A stretch of 64,000 nucleotides of DNA from Octopus bimaculoides (Eukaryota): assembly GCF_001194135.2 (NCBI RefSeq), contig NC_068984.1, positions 26,606,177 to 26,670,176 of the forward strand, read 5' to 3'. Position numbers and translations under genes: made by a program. The notes under the pieces are model-generated. The model did not search any database. It saw nothing but the letters and a program-made list of their open reading frames with translations, and was not told where the DNA came from. Positions 50,476 to 64,000 of this stretch are shown in pieces (the stretch's first letter is position 1; every line of letters begins with the position of its first letter).

Positions 50476-53400
50476 NNNNNNNNNNNNNNNNNNNNNNNNN
50501 NNNNNNNNNNNNNNNNNNNNNNNNNNNNNNNNNNNNNNNNNNNNNNNNNNNNNNNNNNNNNNNNNNNNNNNNNNNNNNNNNNNNNNNNNNNNNNNNNNAT
50601 ATATTTATATATATAAACATGATATAACATAGTAGTGTTTAGTTAAATACTTTGGAGCATTTACTTTTGTGACTCCCAATTTGAGTTTTAGTTGCGCAAA
50701 GGTAGCCTTTGTTCTTCAGAATGTAGAACTCCTGAAATTATATTCTTTAGTTACGTTCTTTGGGAATATACTTTCCATTTTATCTATCGAGTATTGATAA
50801 AATAAGTAACTGTTCCAGCCACATATTGGTGTTGATTCAAGCAACCATATCAATTTCTTTGATCAGAAAATTTTTGTTTTTGCGCCTTTTTTGTGGATGA
50901 AAATGAAATATACGAACATTACGCAACGTATTTCTATGGTAGATATATTCGCCCGTAAAATCAACAATCAAAAAAAAAAAAACCGTTATTGTTGCTAAAA
51001 TTTTCTTCTCATATAATTTCTGATAACACTCAACACTAGAAGAAGGTAGGAGTAAATAATCGAGTCAGTTGTTGTTGTTGCTCTAACACTTGTTTGGAGC
51101 AAGTTTCGAAGCATTGAAATAAATCAAATATTCATGAATGACAGTGTTGCGCTACAGTAGTTGCTATTGTTTGATACTGATTTGGTAGAGATATATAAGG
51201 TATTTCAGTCGTTATCATTATGGCTGTTTATGGTTCTGCAGGAGTACATTATCAAATTTAGCCTTCCTTATATAAGTGCTAGGGTTTTGATTCGAGGGAG
51301 ATTTAGTTGATATTTCTACAAGTTCAAACGACCAAGTAGAGGCTCTCTCCATTTGGCACGTGGACAATTTTAGTGTTATGCTACTTCGCAATACAAAAGT
51401 ATCTGTAAAGCAGTTAAGTGTAGAATAAGTGTATATAGAGAAACGGAATCCGGAAATTTAAAGCCGTATTTATAATGGCCTCAATTACTTCAAGTAATAT
51501 AACAGTTCTAAATTGACCATTAAAACTATCCTCTTTGTAGAAATTCACTGCTCCCATACAGCAACACATTGTAGAACCTAGCATCATAGCTAGATTCTTT
51601 CTGCTACTTCGACGATGTATTTTTTCTTCATATGGTAGGTACAGTTGCTAGCTCGACATGTGCATATCAAGAACCTTAGTGTGATGATTACACACACATA
51701 CACACGTGCATACACGCACGTACTCATGCACACACACTATCATTGCTCTTTCTTTTTATACATCCATACGTACATACATACAAACATACACACACATACA
51801 CACTGCAAAACATTGACTCAAAACTGTGAAAGCAAAATAAAAATATCCTTTTCCTTTTGGTAACCAAAACTAAGAACAAGCTGATATGTAATGAAATATC
51901 AATATACAATTCCGTTTCGGAAAACGGAAGTAAGAGTCGTAATTAGTCCAATTGATTCTCCGATTACAAATGTCAGTCTGTTAATGTAGTAATAGTAGCT
52001 TCTGCTAGTTTTCTTTCTCTCTTTTTTTTTTACTGTTTAGAAATATATAGGGCGTAGTTATTGGGTTTGTTTGACTCGGCAGAAAAGTCCTCTAAACCAA
52101 GAGAACAGGAGGAGGCCGAAATTTGCAGCATTTATGTTTTCTGAAACGAATTAGCTACGTCAGAAAGGTTAAGTGGTTCAGGTAAAATAGAAATCACGTC
52201 TCAAGTTCGAACAGGAGAGATTATAGAACATCTATCAGCGTCGTGTTCGCGTAGCACCTCTGAGTTATATTTTAATTAACTCCGATTAGCAGCAAATACA
52301 ACGAGATTAAGATTCCTGTAAAAAACACATTTCACTTCCCTCGTGTAAGTAATGTTCCTGAAAAAAGGTATAGACGTCATAGTTTCTCATTTGCTTATTT
52401 CATAAAATATAACGTCGTCTGGTGTTTTTAGAATTGTTTAGTCACAAGAGGAAGAGTAGCGTCCCTAGCTTTTCTCAAGACTTCTGAGATTGTTAGTGAG
52501 GAAGTTTTCTTGATATCGGAGGCCCTGTTCAAATGCTTGCAACAAAGTTGAATCTTCAAAAGGTACCATTGGCCACGTGGTAATGTTAATATTAAGACTA
52601 TCGCCCAAGAACATTAACGTTTTATGCGAGTGATTCCACCACCAAATTTCATTCATTATCACCGCTTACACGGTGAATATTAAGATTGAATATTAAGGAT
52701 ATTTGCTTAATGCTTTGCTTACTATTTAGAGCGTTTTTTAAAAATCAGTTTTGATAATTTTGTTTGTTCATGTTTTATCATATATAATTCCAAAGGAGTG
52801 ATTTGAAATAATGTAGAGTTACAGATCTTGGTTCAAACATTTTTTCCTCATTTCAATCGGGACTTTACTAAAAGCATTTTGAAAAATTTCTTGTTTAGAC
52901 AGGCCTGCTGAATGTTGGAATTTTCTTCATTCATATATACGGCCTGGTTTTGAGACGAAACCTAAGGTAGCATACACATAAATAATTATGTTATAGTCAT
53001 AAATAAATAAAATTTCACTCGTCATATGAACCGAGTTCTCTCAATATTCATTAATTCATATAACTCGATGAAAACGCACACACACAAACACGCACACCCC
53101 ACCACACCTTTAGATTTGCAAAACGAGTAAAATGCAGTACATATAGCAAAATTCACCCCATTATGGATATTTATTGATGGTTGTTGGCGTGTCCTTCTAA
53201 TGATGTCACCACCATTTTACCAGTACTATTTAGTATATACAGATATAATAGAATATACTTAACTCGTTTGCGGATATGGCAATAATGTTACTCATGTTTC
53301 TTTACGATTTTTCTTGCTATTAGTGAGGAAAATTCATTGTTTCTATATCTTTATAATTGTTATCCTTAACGGAGTGGTATAATGTTTTAAGGTTTGTTCT

Positions 53401-56069
53401 ACTTGGTTGCGTAATATGGAGGGACATCTTTCGGCGACAGTTATGAGGCCTATAAATCATAACCTGTAAAGAATACGATTCTGACATTGTATACTCTACA
53501 TCTGAATTAATTTCTGATTCCAAAATACCGATATTCCTCTAATATCCGCCTATTGTTTTTCAATAAGTACCCGCCATCCTTATTCTATAACGAGTAAAAG
53601 AAGAGACAAGCTACTCATCAAATAGCAACACTTTTTCACATGTTAACCTACCATAGAAAATTGCATATAATTATAACAAGATGTAAATAACCAGCCTCTT
53701 ATTGTTTATTAATGTCTATGAATCTGTTTAAGGTATTATTATGTTTCTGCCCCCATCAGTAAACGTGGAATTGAAATCACTTCTACTTTTGTTGTTGTTA
53801 CAGTTTGGCCATAGGCCAGTCCCTATCCAGCAAACCACTTATCAAAGCATTCTAGTTGAACCCACCTATCATTTATTCATAATGTATTTAGGAGCTTAAT
53901 ATGTTCTTTTTAAAGACAGCTCAACCTGATTTGGGAAAGATTTGGCTGCCATTTTAGCATGTAAAGTAAACACATAATGTCTCCTTGTTGATTTATCCTA
54001 CTCCTCGATCGCTAACACTGGCCGATTACTCGCTACTTTATACAAAATTATTCATTTTGCATCGGTTTTTGTTATCTAAATAGTGGCATTCTTTGCATCT
54101 ATTTTTAGTGTTCGTTTTTTTTTTACAACTTCAACGCATTCTTAAGTGAGAAGAAGAAAGAATGATAATTTGTTATTCTTACATCATTAAGCATTACGAC
54201 GATAAACCAGTACCATCAACATTATTTTATCTTACGGAATATATTAATTGTTAAACTGATAGATCGGTTGATGGAAGAGCAAAATGCCTTGCTTTATTTA
54301 ATTGCCTTTCTTCTTGTTGTGAATACAAGTCCCATCGGGACTGATTTTACCTTTCATTCTTCCGAGGTCGAGTAAATATATACCAGTAAAGTTAAAGCTC
54401 AATATAATAGACTGTCCACCACCATAGATTGTGTAGTGTTGTACCGATGTTAAAAAATCAACATGGTCAAACAACTTCCTGTAATACTAGTGGTGGTATA
54501 CTAAATGGAATAAATCGATCGATTGAAATCCGACATAAAAATGTGTGTTCTTGTGCTTAATTATTAGAGCAGAATGAACGATGGAAATGTCTAGCTACTA
54601 TACAACTTTAGATTAAAGGTATCAAATCCATTTTAAATTAAACCTAGTTAAAATATATCCAAAATAAAGATATATGACTTACAGTAAAGCTTCGAATTGC
54701 AATCCTTGTGGTATTTACTTTCGGTAATTATTTTTGTTCTAATGTAGCTGAAAAAGATATTGATATTTCCTTCCTCCAGAATCATTGAAATGTGTTCCTT
54801 AAACACACTATGTGGTCCATTCCATTCCCCATACATTTCCTCTACAACGATATGGCTGTGAGAAAATACCTCAGGGGAGTAGTCTGTACACTAAATGCAG
54901 ATATGGTAGGGTCTCACTACAAACTTTGGCCTCGTGCCTTGTCAATTGAAATAATTATTGGTGGTAGTAATTCTTTGCAGCTGTAAAATGATGTAAAAGC
55001 GTCACCTCACAGTTTTCCTGCATTGATATTCGTTATTTTTTTTATGACATCGTTCATTTTTCTCAGACACGATGCGATATAATAACATACCAACTCCTTT
55101 ATCCGCCGGATATGATTAAGTAATTGCGTCTTCATTTCATTTTACTTTATGCTGTTATTGCTTGTCTTATTATCGTCGTCGTTGTTATCGTTAAATATCA
55201 TTTACAGAATAATGAAATATAAGGTTTTTATTTTATGTTCGTCTCTTTAAAGAATCTCTGCAACCCACACTCTCAACAAAGTATCATTATTCATTCACCT
55301 TCTTCCTCCCCACCACTTACTATTCAATCCCCCGTCCCCGCTCAAACACACGTACGCAAACTCCCGCATACACACTTAAAACGTGCGTAAATTCAAACAG
55401 AAGCACTTATGAATCCATGAGTTAGTGGCAGTACGAAGTGTGAAGTGGAGGTGATGGTGGGTATAATCATTGCTTGACACTTTTAAAACACCCCGGTAAG
55501 CAACAAGAGACTGACATGCACTCCCTACTTTTTGCAGTCCTTCTTTTTTACTACCGAACAGATTCAAAAATTGTCGGATGAAATTAAAATCTGAAATCAT
55601 ATATAATAGAGTTCCTTTCCAAAGTGAAATGCATTTTATGTATTGAAATGTTTAGAAACTGCAATGAGAAAGTGGGAAATTATTTTTGTTGGAGGGATTG
55701 GTATGGGGTGTAGTTTAGATCATAACATTATCCAAACGTTATTTTAATTATGATTTACCTGAAAAATGTCCGTAAAGTAGAAAGATAATACTATAACGGT
55801 CTCAACAATTATTCCACAGGGAGAACTTCTTCAGTCAATATGGTATCTCCAAAAACCTGTACCTTCATGGATGTACCGACCAACATCCATATCCTCTGGA
55901 AAAAAGATGAGTTGTGAACATTATTCTCCTGCCTATATTCTTCTAACTACTTTTACTCTTTATTCTTCTCTCTTACTCCTTTATTCTTCTATTTTATACA
56001 TTATATACTGTGAATTTTATTCCTTGTAAACTGTAAAAATGTTTTCCCTGTCTAGAATATTCATACCTT

Positions 56070-56145
56070 GTCTCTGATGACAGAATACCCGATGCATGGA
56101 CATGCTAACCTACCGCTTGCGTTATCCCAGAAACGGTTGTAAGAC
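56070..56145 (+). ncRNA. Degenerate type I hammerhead ribozyme motif (Penelope/retrozyme-like)
   Basis: GTCT-CTGATGA (56074-80), a 49-nt imperfect helix II, GAAAC (56130-34)-ggtt-GTA (56139-41)-AGAC. Helix I GTCT/AGAC closes the motif. Confidence 0.55.
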
Positions 56146-56464
56146 TTCAAATTAAATTAATGTAAATAACTTGAGCTATTTGTTTTGCCTTGGTTTTGAT
56201 TTTTCCTCTAATATAATATATACCTGCTATAACGGAACTCTAACACCGATCCACTGATGCAAACTTAACTGTGATCTTGGAACCTAACGGTCGAATTCTA
56301 TAGCACTCACCCAGCGTACCTATTCGTTTAGATCACAAGTGAACCAAACCCCTCATATTCTTCTGTGTGTGTGTGTGTGTGTGTATACACACATAATATA
56401 TATACACACATATATATATATACACACATATATATATACATATATATACATACACACATATATA

Positions 56465-56529
<65 letters not shown>

Positions 56530-58134
56530 AATAAATATATATATATATATAGAGAATATATATACAGATACATACACACTCTGTCTGTTTGTGTAATGTG
56601 TGGGTGTATATAACTGTGGTGTATTTTTGTATGTCGGGGGTTAAGAAACGCTGACATGTTCTGGTGAAAACATGTGCATTGTGCGTTGCTCTTATTTCTT
56701 GTTTAAAACGTTTTGGTGTATGTGTTGACATGAGCTATTTTTTTAATTTTGTACAATGTCTAAAATATCTTTTACTTCGTGATTTAGTTTCTGAGACTAA
56801 TAAATTTCACGTCATAATGTGTCGTATCATCTGTTCCTATCACAGTTTAGTCACCCTTAGTTTCGGGAATACGTTAGGCTGACATAGTTCTTATGAAGAA
56901 CTGTGTAAAGAGACGAATAAAATTTCTATACTCAATTCAAAATAGTTCTTTCGTCTAGATTAACTTTGGTGAATTTGTGACAAATATTGTCCCGGCAACA
57001 AATCAAAATAACGAAGAGGTGGATATATTCATCGAAAACCAAATACATTGGAACATGTTATAGTCACTTTCGTATATTTCTCAAAATGCCAAAATATTTC
57101 ATCGTAAATCTATGACATGTTCATAGACAGTTCCCCGGCATTTCTTGAAAGTCACCTACTAGCCATTTTTATATGCCTTTTATTTAATCTGACTTTCAAG
57201 ATACACAATGACATTGTGTCAGTGACCAGATTGCTAGCATCCTTTAACGATTTATTTGATTAACTTTCAATGTATGGTCTTTGATTAATTCACCTATTAT
57301 GTTGGAAATACGGCTGTATTGAAGTTTCATGCTTTTTCATAACGATTTGTTTTAATTTCTTCAATAGATTACTTTGGAACAGTTAACTATCTAAGTCCAT
57401 TAGCGTTTCCTGACACGGCTGTGTTCGAATGTAATTTATGATATTAATGATTTTTTAAATATTTCTTTTATCATCCATTATGATTAGTTGGGAATCTGAA
57501 CGTTTCTAATTACTGTAAACTTACTAAATCTTTTCGGTCTTATCCTCCGAATGAAGTAGTTTTTGTTGCAGTTTTAGCCGCGTTTTTTGCAGGCGATAAG
57601 GATCAGGAGGATGCAGTTTTAACAGATAAAATCAACATCTGCAAATTTAATATACGTTTAAATGTTAACTTAGTTACTTTCCTATTTTATTGCATGGCTA
57701 CATATCCTTATTACAAAAGAGAAAACAAAATTTGGTTTGTAAATATTTTTTATTAATAAAGCTTCCCCATCAAATCTATTAAAAAATTTTCTATACGAGT
57801 TGTTATTGATATCAGCAGTGATTTTTCTACCTAATGTTTGTTTCTTTTTCTGCGTTGCAATCTACTATAATGGTTCCTTATTGTAAATGTATAATCATTC
57901 GACGAGAAAGTGTTATGCTTATGTGCACAACATAATATTTTGAGAAACGAAGTTTATGTTTCTCGATTGCATCGAAATTGATACATCATGCTGGTTGTCT
58001 GAAGTCTATTCTGTGGTTTACAGACTTAATGAGAAGGTTTTTAATTCTGTTTTTTTCTTTTTTTGTAATATATTATTACGGATTGCTGGCGGTTATATGT
58101 AATACATGCAGTATTCGTTTGTAACTGACTTATT

Positions 58135-58400
58135 CAAGTGAAGGTTCGTTGCCTAGAGGTGTGTTGCATTTTCGATCTTAGAACCATGTTTTCTACTCCC
58201 GGACCGGCTCTTGAGACCGTTGTGCTCTTGAAAAAAACACTTCACTTCCCATTGCTCTACTCCCCTCAGTTGCTAGTGAGTTTCAGTAATATCTGGGAAG
58301 TTAATCCTACAACAGACCAGCGTCCCATTCAGTAGAAGGTAGAGTCGTAACCTCAGTTATTTATACGTCATAAAAACTGGGTAAAGCTTCGAGCTTATGA
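58135..58400 (+). mobile_element. SINE family B-related copy, degraded
   Basis: gtgaaggt..gttgcctag..ctcccggaccgg..gttgtgctcttgaaaaaaacacttcactt, followed by a different tail (..cgtcccattcag..aactgggtaaagcttcg). Confidence 0.6.
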
Positions 58401-58829
58401 GTCATACATCTCATGAAGGGCCTCAGTCTATTAATCTATTCTATGAGTAGGATATATTTATTTCATGTATTAAACTATAGGTGTTGGTTTGTGGGGTTTT
58501 AGTGGGTGAAGTTGTTTGTATTGTTATTGCAGTTAATAAAGAAATAATATATAAACTCAACTCAATATGAATATTTGAACACATTAGTAGCAAAGATGTA
58601 GAAAAATGCAAAAATAACATGAGTACAATACAAAAACAAAGCTATACAAGATATCTTCCTGAATGAACATCTAAGAACGTAGCAATAGCTGTATACCAAC
58701 AAACACCATTCATGAACTTTTATTTTAAAGTTGATATTCGAAAAATAGCGTAAATTATATAATTATATAGGAACTGCCATGGTTCCGTCCGTCTCATTAT
58801 GAAACACTTTCCTTATCTGTTCATCTCAA

Positions 58830-59645
58830 AAAAGGCGATGAGCTCGCAGAACCGTCAGCACGCCGGAAAATGCTTAGTGGCATTACGTTCGCCTTTACGA
58901 TCTGAGTTCAAATTCGGCCGAGGTCAACTTCACTTTGTCATCCTTTTGGGGTCTGAAAGATAAATAACATTTGAGCACTGGGGTCGCTGTGATCGACTTA
59001 TCTCCTCCTCCGAAGTTACTACTCTTGTGCCAAAATTTGAAGCCGTTACTATTAAGGTGGCGAGCTGGCAGAATAGTTAGCACACCGGACAAAATGCTTG
59101 GCAGCATTACGTCCACACTAATGTTCTGAGTTCAAATTCAACCGAGATTGACATTATCTCTCCTCCTTTCGGGGTCGATGAAATAAGCACTAATCGAGCA
59201 CTGAGATCGATGTAATCGACTATCCTTTCCCTCAAAATTTCAGGCCTTGTGTTTATAGTAGAAATGATAATGTTTATTATTAAGGGGATGAACTGACAGA
59301 ATCATTAGCATGCCGGACAAAATGAATTGCGTCCAATTGGGCCCAAATTCTGCCGTGGTCGACATTGCTTTTCAAACTTTTGGGGTCGATGTAATCGAAT
59401 TCTCCCTTCCATAAAAAGCTGTTGGCCCTGTGCCAAAATTTGAACTCATTATCTATTCATCTCAATGGCAGAATTGTTAGCAGGCCAGCTCTTTACCTTC
59501 TGAGTTCAAATTTCTCCAAGGTTAACATTACCTTTCATCCCTTCGGGGTCGATAAAATACATACCAGTCAAATACTGAGGTCGATGTAATCGACTTACTC
59601 TCTCCCCCTAGAATTGCTGACCTTGTACTAAAATTTGAAACAATT
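58830..59645 (+). mobile_element. Four tandem SINE family A copies
   Basis: About 58830-59045, 59053-59265, 59283-59445 and 59460-59645, all on +. Confidence 0.85.
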
Positions 59646-59771
59646 ATCTGTTCATCTCTAATACACATGGAATATCACGCTTCTACTTCAGGACATAATC
59701 TCAATCAACTTTACGTCTTGTTTTCCCCGTCGACTTATCGTACTTATTTTATTCTCCTATTATGTTTTACA

Positions 59772-60159
59772 GTGTGGATGCGCAATGGCCCAGTGGTTAG
59801 GGCATTGGACACGCGGTCATACGATCGCGGTTTCGATTCCCAGACCGGGCGTTGTGAGTGTTTATTGAGCGAAAACACCTGAAGCTCCACGAGGCTCCGG
59901 CAGGGAATGGTGGCGAACCCTGCTGTACTCTTTCACCACAACTTTCTCTCACTCTTTCTTCCTGTTTCTGTTGTACTTGTAATTCAAAGGATCAGCCTTG
60001 TCACACTGTGTCACGCTGAATATCCCCGAGAACTACGTTAAGGGTACACGTGTCTGTGGAGTGCTCAGCCACTCGCACGTTAATTTCACGAGCAGGCTTT
60101 TCTCTTGATCGGATCAACTGGAACCCTCGATGTCGTAAGCGACGGAGTGCTAACAACAA
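59772..60159 (+). mobile_element. SINE family B, long-tail form, full length
   Basis: tRNA-like head (tggcccagtggttagg, ggtttcgattccc) and (AAC)n end. Perfect 11-bp TSD tatgttttaca at 59761-59771 and 60160-60170. Confidence 0.92.
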
Positions 60160-60309
60160 TATGTTTTACAACTAAATAATAAATAAGCCCTGAACATTTA
60201 ATTGCATGCTGGACCGATCTACATTTCATCTGCGGAGTTTAGTTTCATTATGTAGGCGTTTTGAGTATTGTACACCAACATTCTTTTTCCTTGTACTTGT
60301 TATCTACAC

Positions 60310-60354
60310 CACCACCACCACCATCACCAAGCCATCATCATCATAATCATCATT

Positions 60355-60397
<43 letters not shown>

Positions 60398-60822
60398 CCA
60401 TCGTCATCGTCTTCATCATAATCGCAACCTTCTACCTCCAGTCTACGTTCTCGCCTTAACACATCTTTCGAAATTTTTTTGTTTCTTACACAAATTTTAT
60501 CACACAGAAATCAGTCAGTTTTGCACGGGTTGAACCCATTTGAGATTAAACTGATAAAATTGAAATAAACAAAACTTACTACCGTTTCTCGGATCCCCGT
60601 TTTCTTGAACACATTGCTGACATTTTCAACTATAAACCCACCATTTAAATAGGGATGGGGGAGACCCGTGCTTTTTCAGCTATCTACAAATCTTTAGAGT
60701 ACACATCTTGTCATCTAAGGATAGTCATCTTATAAATTTTGTAATTTATTCATTCTTTATCGCCACCGTCATCGTCATTGTCATCTTCGTCATCATCATC
60801 ATCATCATCGTCGTCGTCGTCG

Positions 60823-60870
<48 letters not shown>

Positions 60871-60935
60871 CCTTCATCGCAACCATCCTCACCACCACCA
60901 TCATCATTATCATTGTCATCATCATCATCATCTTA
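60310..60935. repeat. (CAT)n/(CAC)n microsatellites at about 60310-60420 and 60770-60935
   Basis: Direct tandem repeats. These give the poly-H, poly-I and poly-M pseudo-ORFs. Confidence 0.95.
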
Positions 60936-61579
60936 ATGTAATTATTGCTATGAGTAAAGCATGAAGCAGTTTGTAGAAGAGTTCGAAAACGATATCATAT
61001 TCCGTTTTATGTTCTGATTTCAAATCTTGCCAAGGTTGATTTTAAGGAGTCGGGTCAACGATCCACTACATCGCTGCTCGACCAGTTAGAAATATCGACT
61101 AAATAATGTCTCTCAAATCACAGCTAGAATACCTGGCTTACTTGATTAGCAGCTGATTATTTTTTGCCCTGTATCGATGGTACATATCTCACTTCACTTC
61201 ACTCTGTTATCATACCTTGTGACTCCAATGTTTGCAACTTCTCTTGGCTCATGCACTCCCTGTTGCACATGGATGTAGCAAATCCAGAAGTCGAATATTC
61301 TAAATTCTCTGCAATTATTATTATCATGCGACAGTCCAACAGCTATACACAGATGCTCGCCGAATAAGAAACATTTTCCGGTTTCCTTGGGGCAGCAAAC
61401 CCAATAGCTTTGGGAATATTTTTCGTAATACCCTCAAGCGCTTTGCTTCAAAGGAAGTCTTCGCATAATCTTCCAATCTTTGTGCCCCTATTAGGACCTA
61501 ATCTTCAATGTGTTCTATATCTAAAACAGTAAGTGAAAATCTAAAAATAATGAAAGCAGCCGTTAGCATTTCCTAAAAC

Positions 61580-61850
61580 ATTAGAATCTTCCTCCTATCT
61601 CGATGACATCTAGTATGGTAACCATACATCATAACAGTAGATCTTCATGGGTCCTGCTCACCCTTAAAGCATTCAGTGTAAATAATACCATTACATTTAA
61701 CATTAACAGAGCCTTTCGCCGTGTCTGGCATAAGAAGTTCCGAGCTAAACTTCCCATTTGCTAATTCTATCTACTTTTCATTTCTTGAGTTGAAAGCTTC
61801 CTGTTAGATCACACCTTCGTAGCATGCTCTGACAAGGCTGATGTGGTAAG
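61580..61850 (+). mobile_element. Degraded CR1/Jockey-group LINE reverse transcriptase fragment
   Basis: INRAFRRVWHKKFRAKL corresponds to the RT motif DISKAFDxVWHxxLLxKL. It is preceded by LDDI*YG (LxDxQYGF) and followed by FLLDHT (FLSDR-like). Confidence 0.55.
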
Positions 61851-62765
61851 ATTTATTCATGTAAGCAACAGCAGCATAATAAAACGAACGATACATTAAC
61901 TGGTATATTTCTTTCCACAGTAAAAGCTAATTGTGTTTGATTAGCGCTATTTACAAGAAGATATTTGTTTCTCAACTGCTAATCATTATGGAAGCAGCAG
62001 ATATGCAACGACCAAGAGCACAACATGTCCATGGTTTATGTCTCACTATTCTGTTATAATTCCCAGTCCCCTTTCGAGTATAAAATAGTTGTTATTACAT
62101 TACTTTTATGTGTGGCATAATTCCCTTTAAAATTGTGGTCACTTACCAAAAGAAAGGAAATAGCTTTTCATTCAGAGCAGAAAAATTGCTGCAGAGGGCG
62201 CAGGGTCAGATTTATCTCTCTATGCTACATACTTTATTACAGCTCAAATATAGCTAGACATGAATTTGATTCTCCTCACTCCAATGTTTGATAAATATAT
62301 TAGCATCGATTTCATTGCCTACACGACTTCCGCTGTGAGAGATGTAATCAAATGAAATAATATTTTTGCCGCATATCATATTCTAACAGATGTAACAGTT
62401 AACGGAAAGCTCTCGAAAAAACGAGAGTGCATTGAGGTTTCAATTTGCAATTGATGCCAATTTACACCAATTGCAGTGCCAATACACCCAGGAAAGTTAT
62501 GTGAGCCACAGAACTTATCTCGTTCTTTGAAAATTAATCCGTTGTCGGCAAGAAACCCGGATATTTAAGATATAAATATATTTCTCACAAATATTCTTCA
62601 GTTCTTTAATGATTTCGAACGCTTGTAGACTTTACAGGAGAGCCAGTTACTAATGGGCACAAACAACATATACATGTAACGTAATTTATATATCTAAAAT
62701 ACACATAGGGTTTATTCTGCATGTATATTTTACCATCTATTTATACCTTTATGTATGTATATACA

Positions 62766-62849
<84 letters not shown>

Positions 62850-62893
62850 CAAGTATACACTCGCATAAACATACTCATATATATATATGCATA

Positions 62894-62926
<33 letters not shown>

Positions 62927-63469
62927 GTATATACACATGTGCGCGCGCGCACACACATATATATAGAGTACTGTTCTGTAGTCTAACCACCAACAAAATT
63001 GGAGATCGGATATTTTTACAAAATGCAAGTATCTCGACAAATTTCTACTATCGAACTGGAGAACACTATCCTCTCCAGAAACACAGCTTTGCAAGCTTCA
63101 ACCTTTTCCCGTTGGATTATCACCACCAAACATTAATTCCCATTTTAACAGAATAAAGGGATATGACTCGTATATCTCTTATCTCCAAGATTTTCTTTTC
63201 TGTTTCTTTCCTTTCCCAATTTTTTCCCTCAGTTTCTCTCGTTTTTCTCCTTTCTTCTCACTTTTTTCACAGAGTAGCCATGTTTATTTTTGAGACCGAA
63301 TGATTGCAATATAGTACACGATACCCTATACAAGTTCGTCCGATTACGGCACTATCCGAGCATGTGCTTCTAATAGCTCAGCTAAATCCCGTGTTTATTA
63401 AATCGTATATAGATATATGTATGCATATGTGTGTGTGTGTGTATGTGTGTGTGTGTGTGTGTGTGTATA

Positions 63470-64000
63470 CGTAGTCTGATCAATAAGTATCGGGACTGTT
63501 GCCTTAGTAACGAAGTTAGTAACGAGGAGTGAACCTGCTTGGCACAAATTGACCTTGAACTCTGCCGTGCATGTGCACTAAGTTTTTACGTCCTAGCTCA
63601 CTTCTGCTGTTTACAGCAGTGCTTGAAAGAAGGTGTGTGACGTGTGATCGACGTAGTGCCCATGACAGAAAATGTTGAGTAGAGAATCTGCATCAAATTT
63701 TGACAAAGGTTTTGGCGATATATGCACAGAGGCCTACGCAATGTTTTCAAAAAAAGTTTTCCTTATTTTCGACACAATCAAGATCTTGTGCAACTGAAAC
63801 CCGAGTGATTTTTGGTCAGCTGAAAGGAATTTTGGCACAAACTTGGCAAACACGCGTCTCACCAATATCTTCAGTGATGATGGACTGAACTGAACCGTAA
63901 CTCATCTGCACATCCTCTGATAACTCACGGATGGTGATTCGACAATTTCCCCCGATATTAGTGGAAAATACTTTTGAATCACATTGTGTGCGCATGTGCA
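63470..64000 (-). mobile_element. Mariner foldback derivative, same family as 49678, opposite orientation, running off the window
   Basis: TA|CGTAGTCTGATCAATAAGTATC start. The short arm reads MTENVE*RICIKF. The junction at about 63744 is the same as at 50272, followed by the inverted long arm. Confidence 0.9.

Noticed and set aside
52445-52675. Coding-looking island
   Set aside because: All frames on both strands are short or interrupted, and no motif is recognised.
62184-62202. CTCF-like motif (gctgcagagggcgc); a similar one near 35755-35775
   Set aside because: A single imperfect motif match carries little weight without ChIP or conservation data.
1014-63156. Most ORFs in the supplied track (MYVC, HT, CV, YI, poly-I/Y/H/N, poly-X)
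   Set aside because: They are translations of microsatellites or N-gaps and have no domain content.

Overview
This is AT-rich, repeat-dense animal DNA from a gapped short-read assembly, with 13 N-runs, nearly all flanked by microsatellites. The SINE families suggest an Octopus genome (inference from recalled family sequences, not a database search), and the window looks intronic or intergenic. I found no confidently identifiable host protein-coding gene, tRNA, rRNA or CRISPR array. Almost all listed ORFs are translations of microsatellites or N-gaps. The window contains (1) about 40 SINE copies in three families, labelled A, B and C here; (2) LINE remnants: five R4/Dong-type RLE fragments embedded in (TAA)n, one CRE-like RLE end, two CR1/Jockey-group RT fragments and Penelope-like fragments; (3) DNA-transposon derivatives: three head-to-head mariner elements built from two 5' ends, a Tc1/mariner MITE, a hAT MITE, a Tigger-like end and two unclassified long inverted-repeat elements; and (4) a degenerate Penelope-type hammerhead ribozyme motif. 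The most interesting signals are the mariner foldback family with a shared breakpoint, the strand-biased (TAA)n sites shared by SINE trains and R4 LINEs, a SINE with an internal microsatellite, and the hammerhead motif. I found no convincing new protein-based system. Boundaries of degraded elements are approximate to tens of bp.
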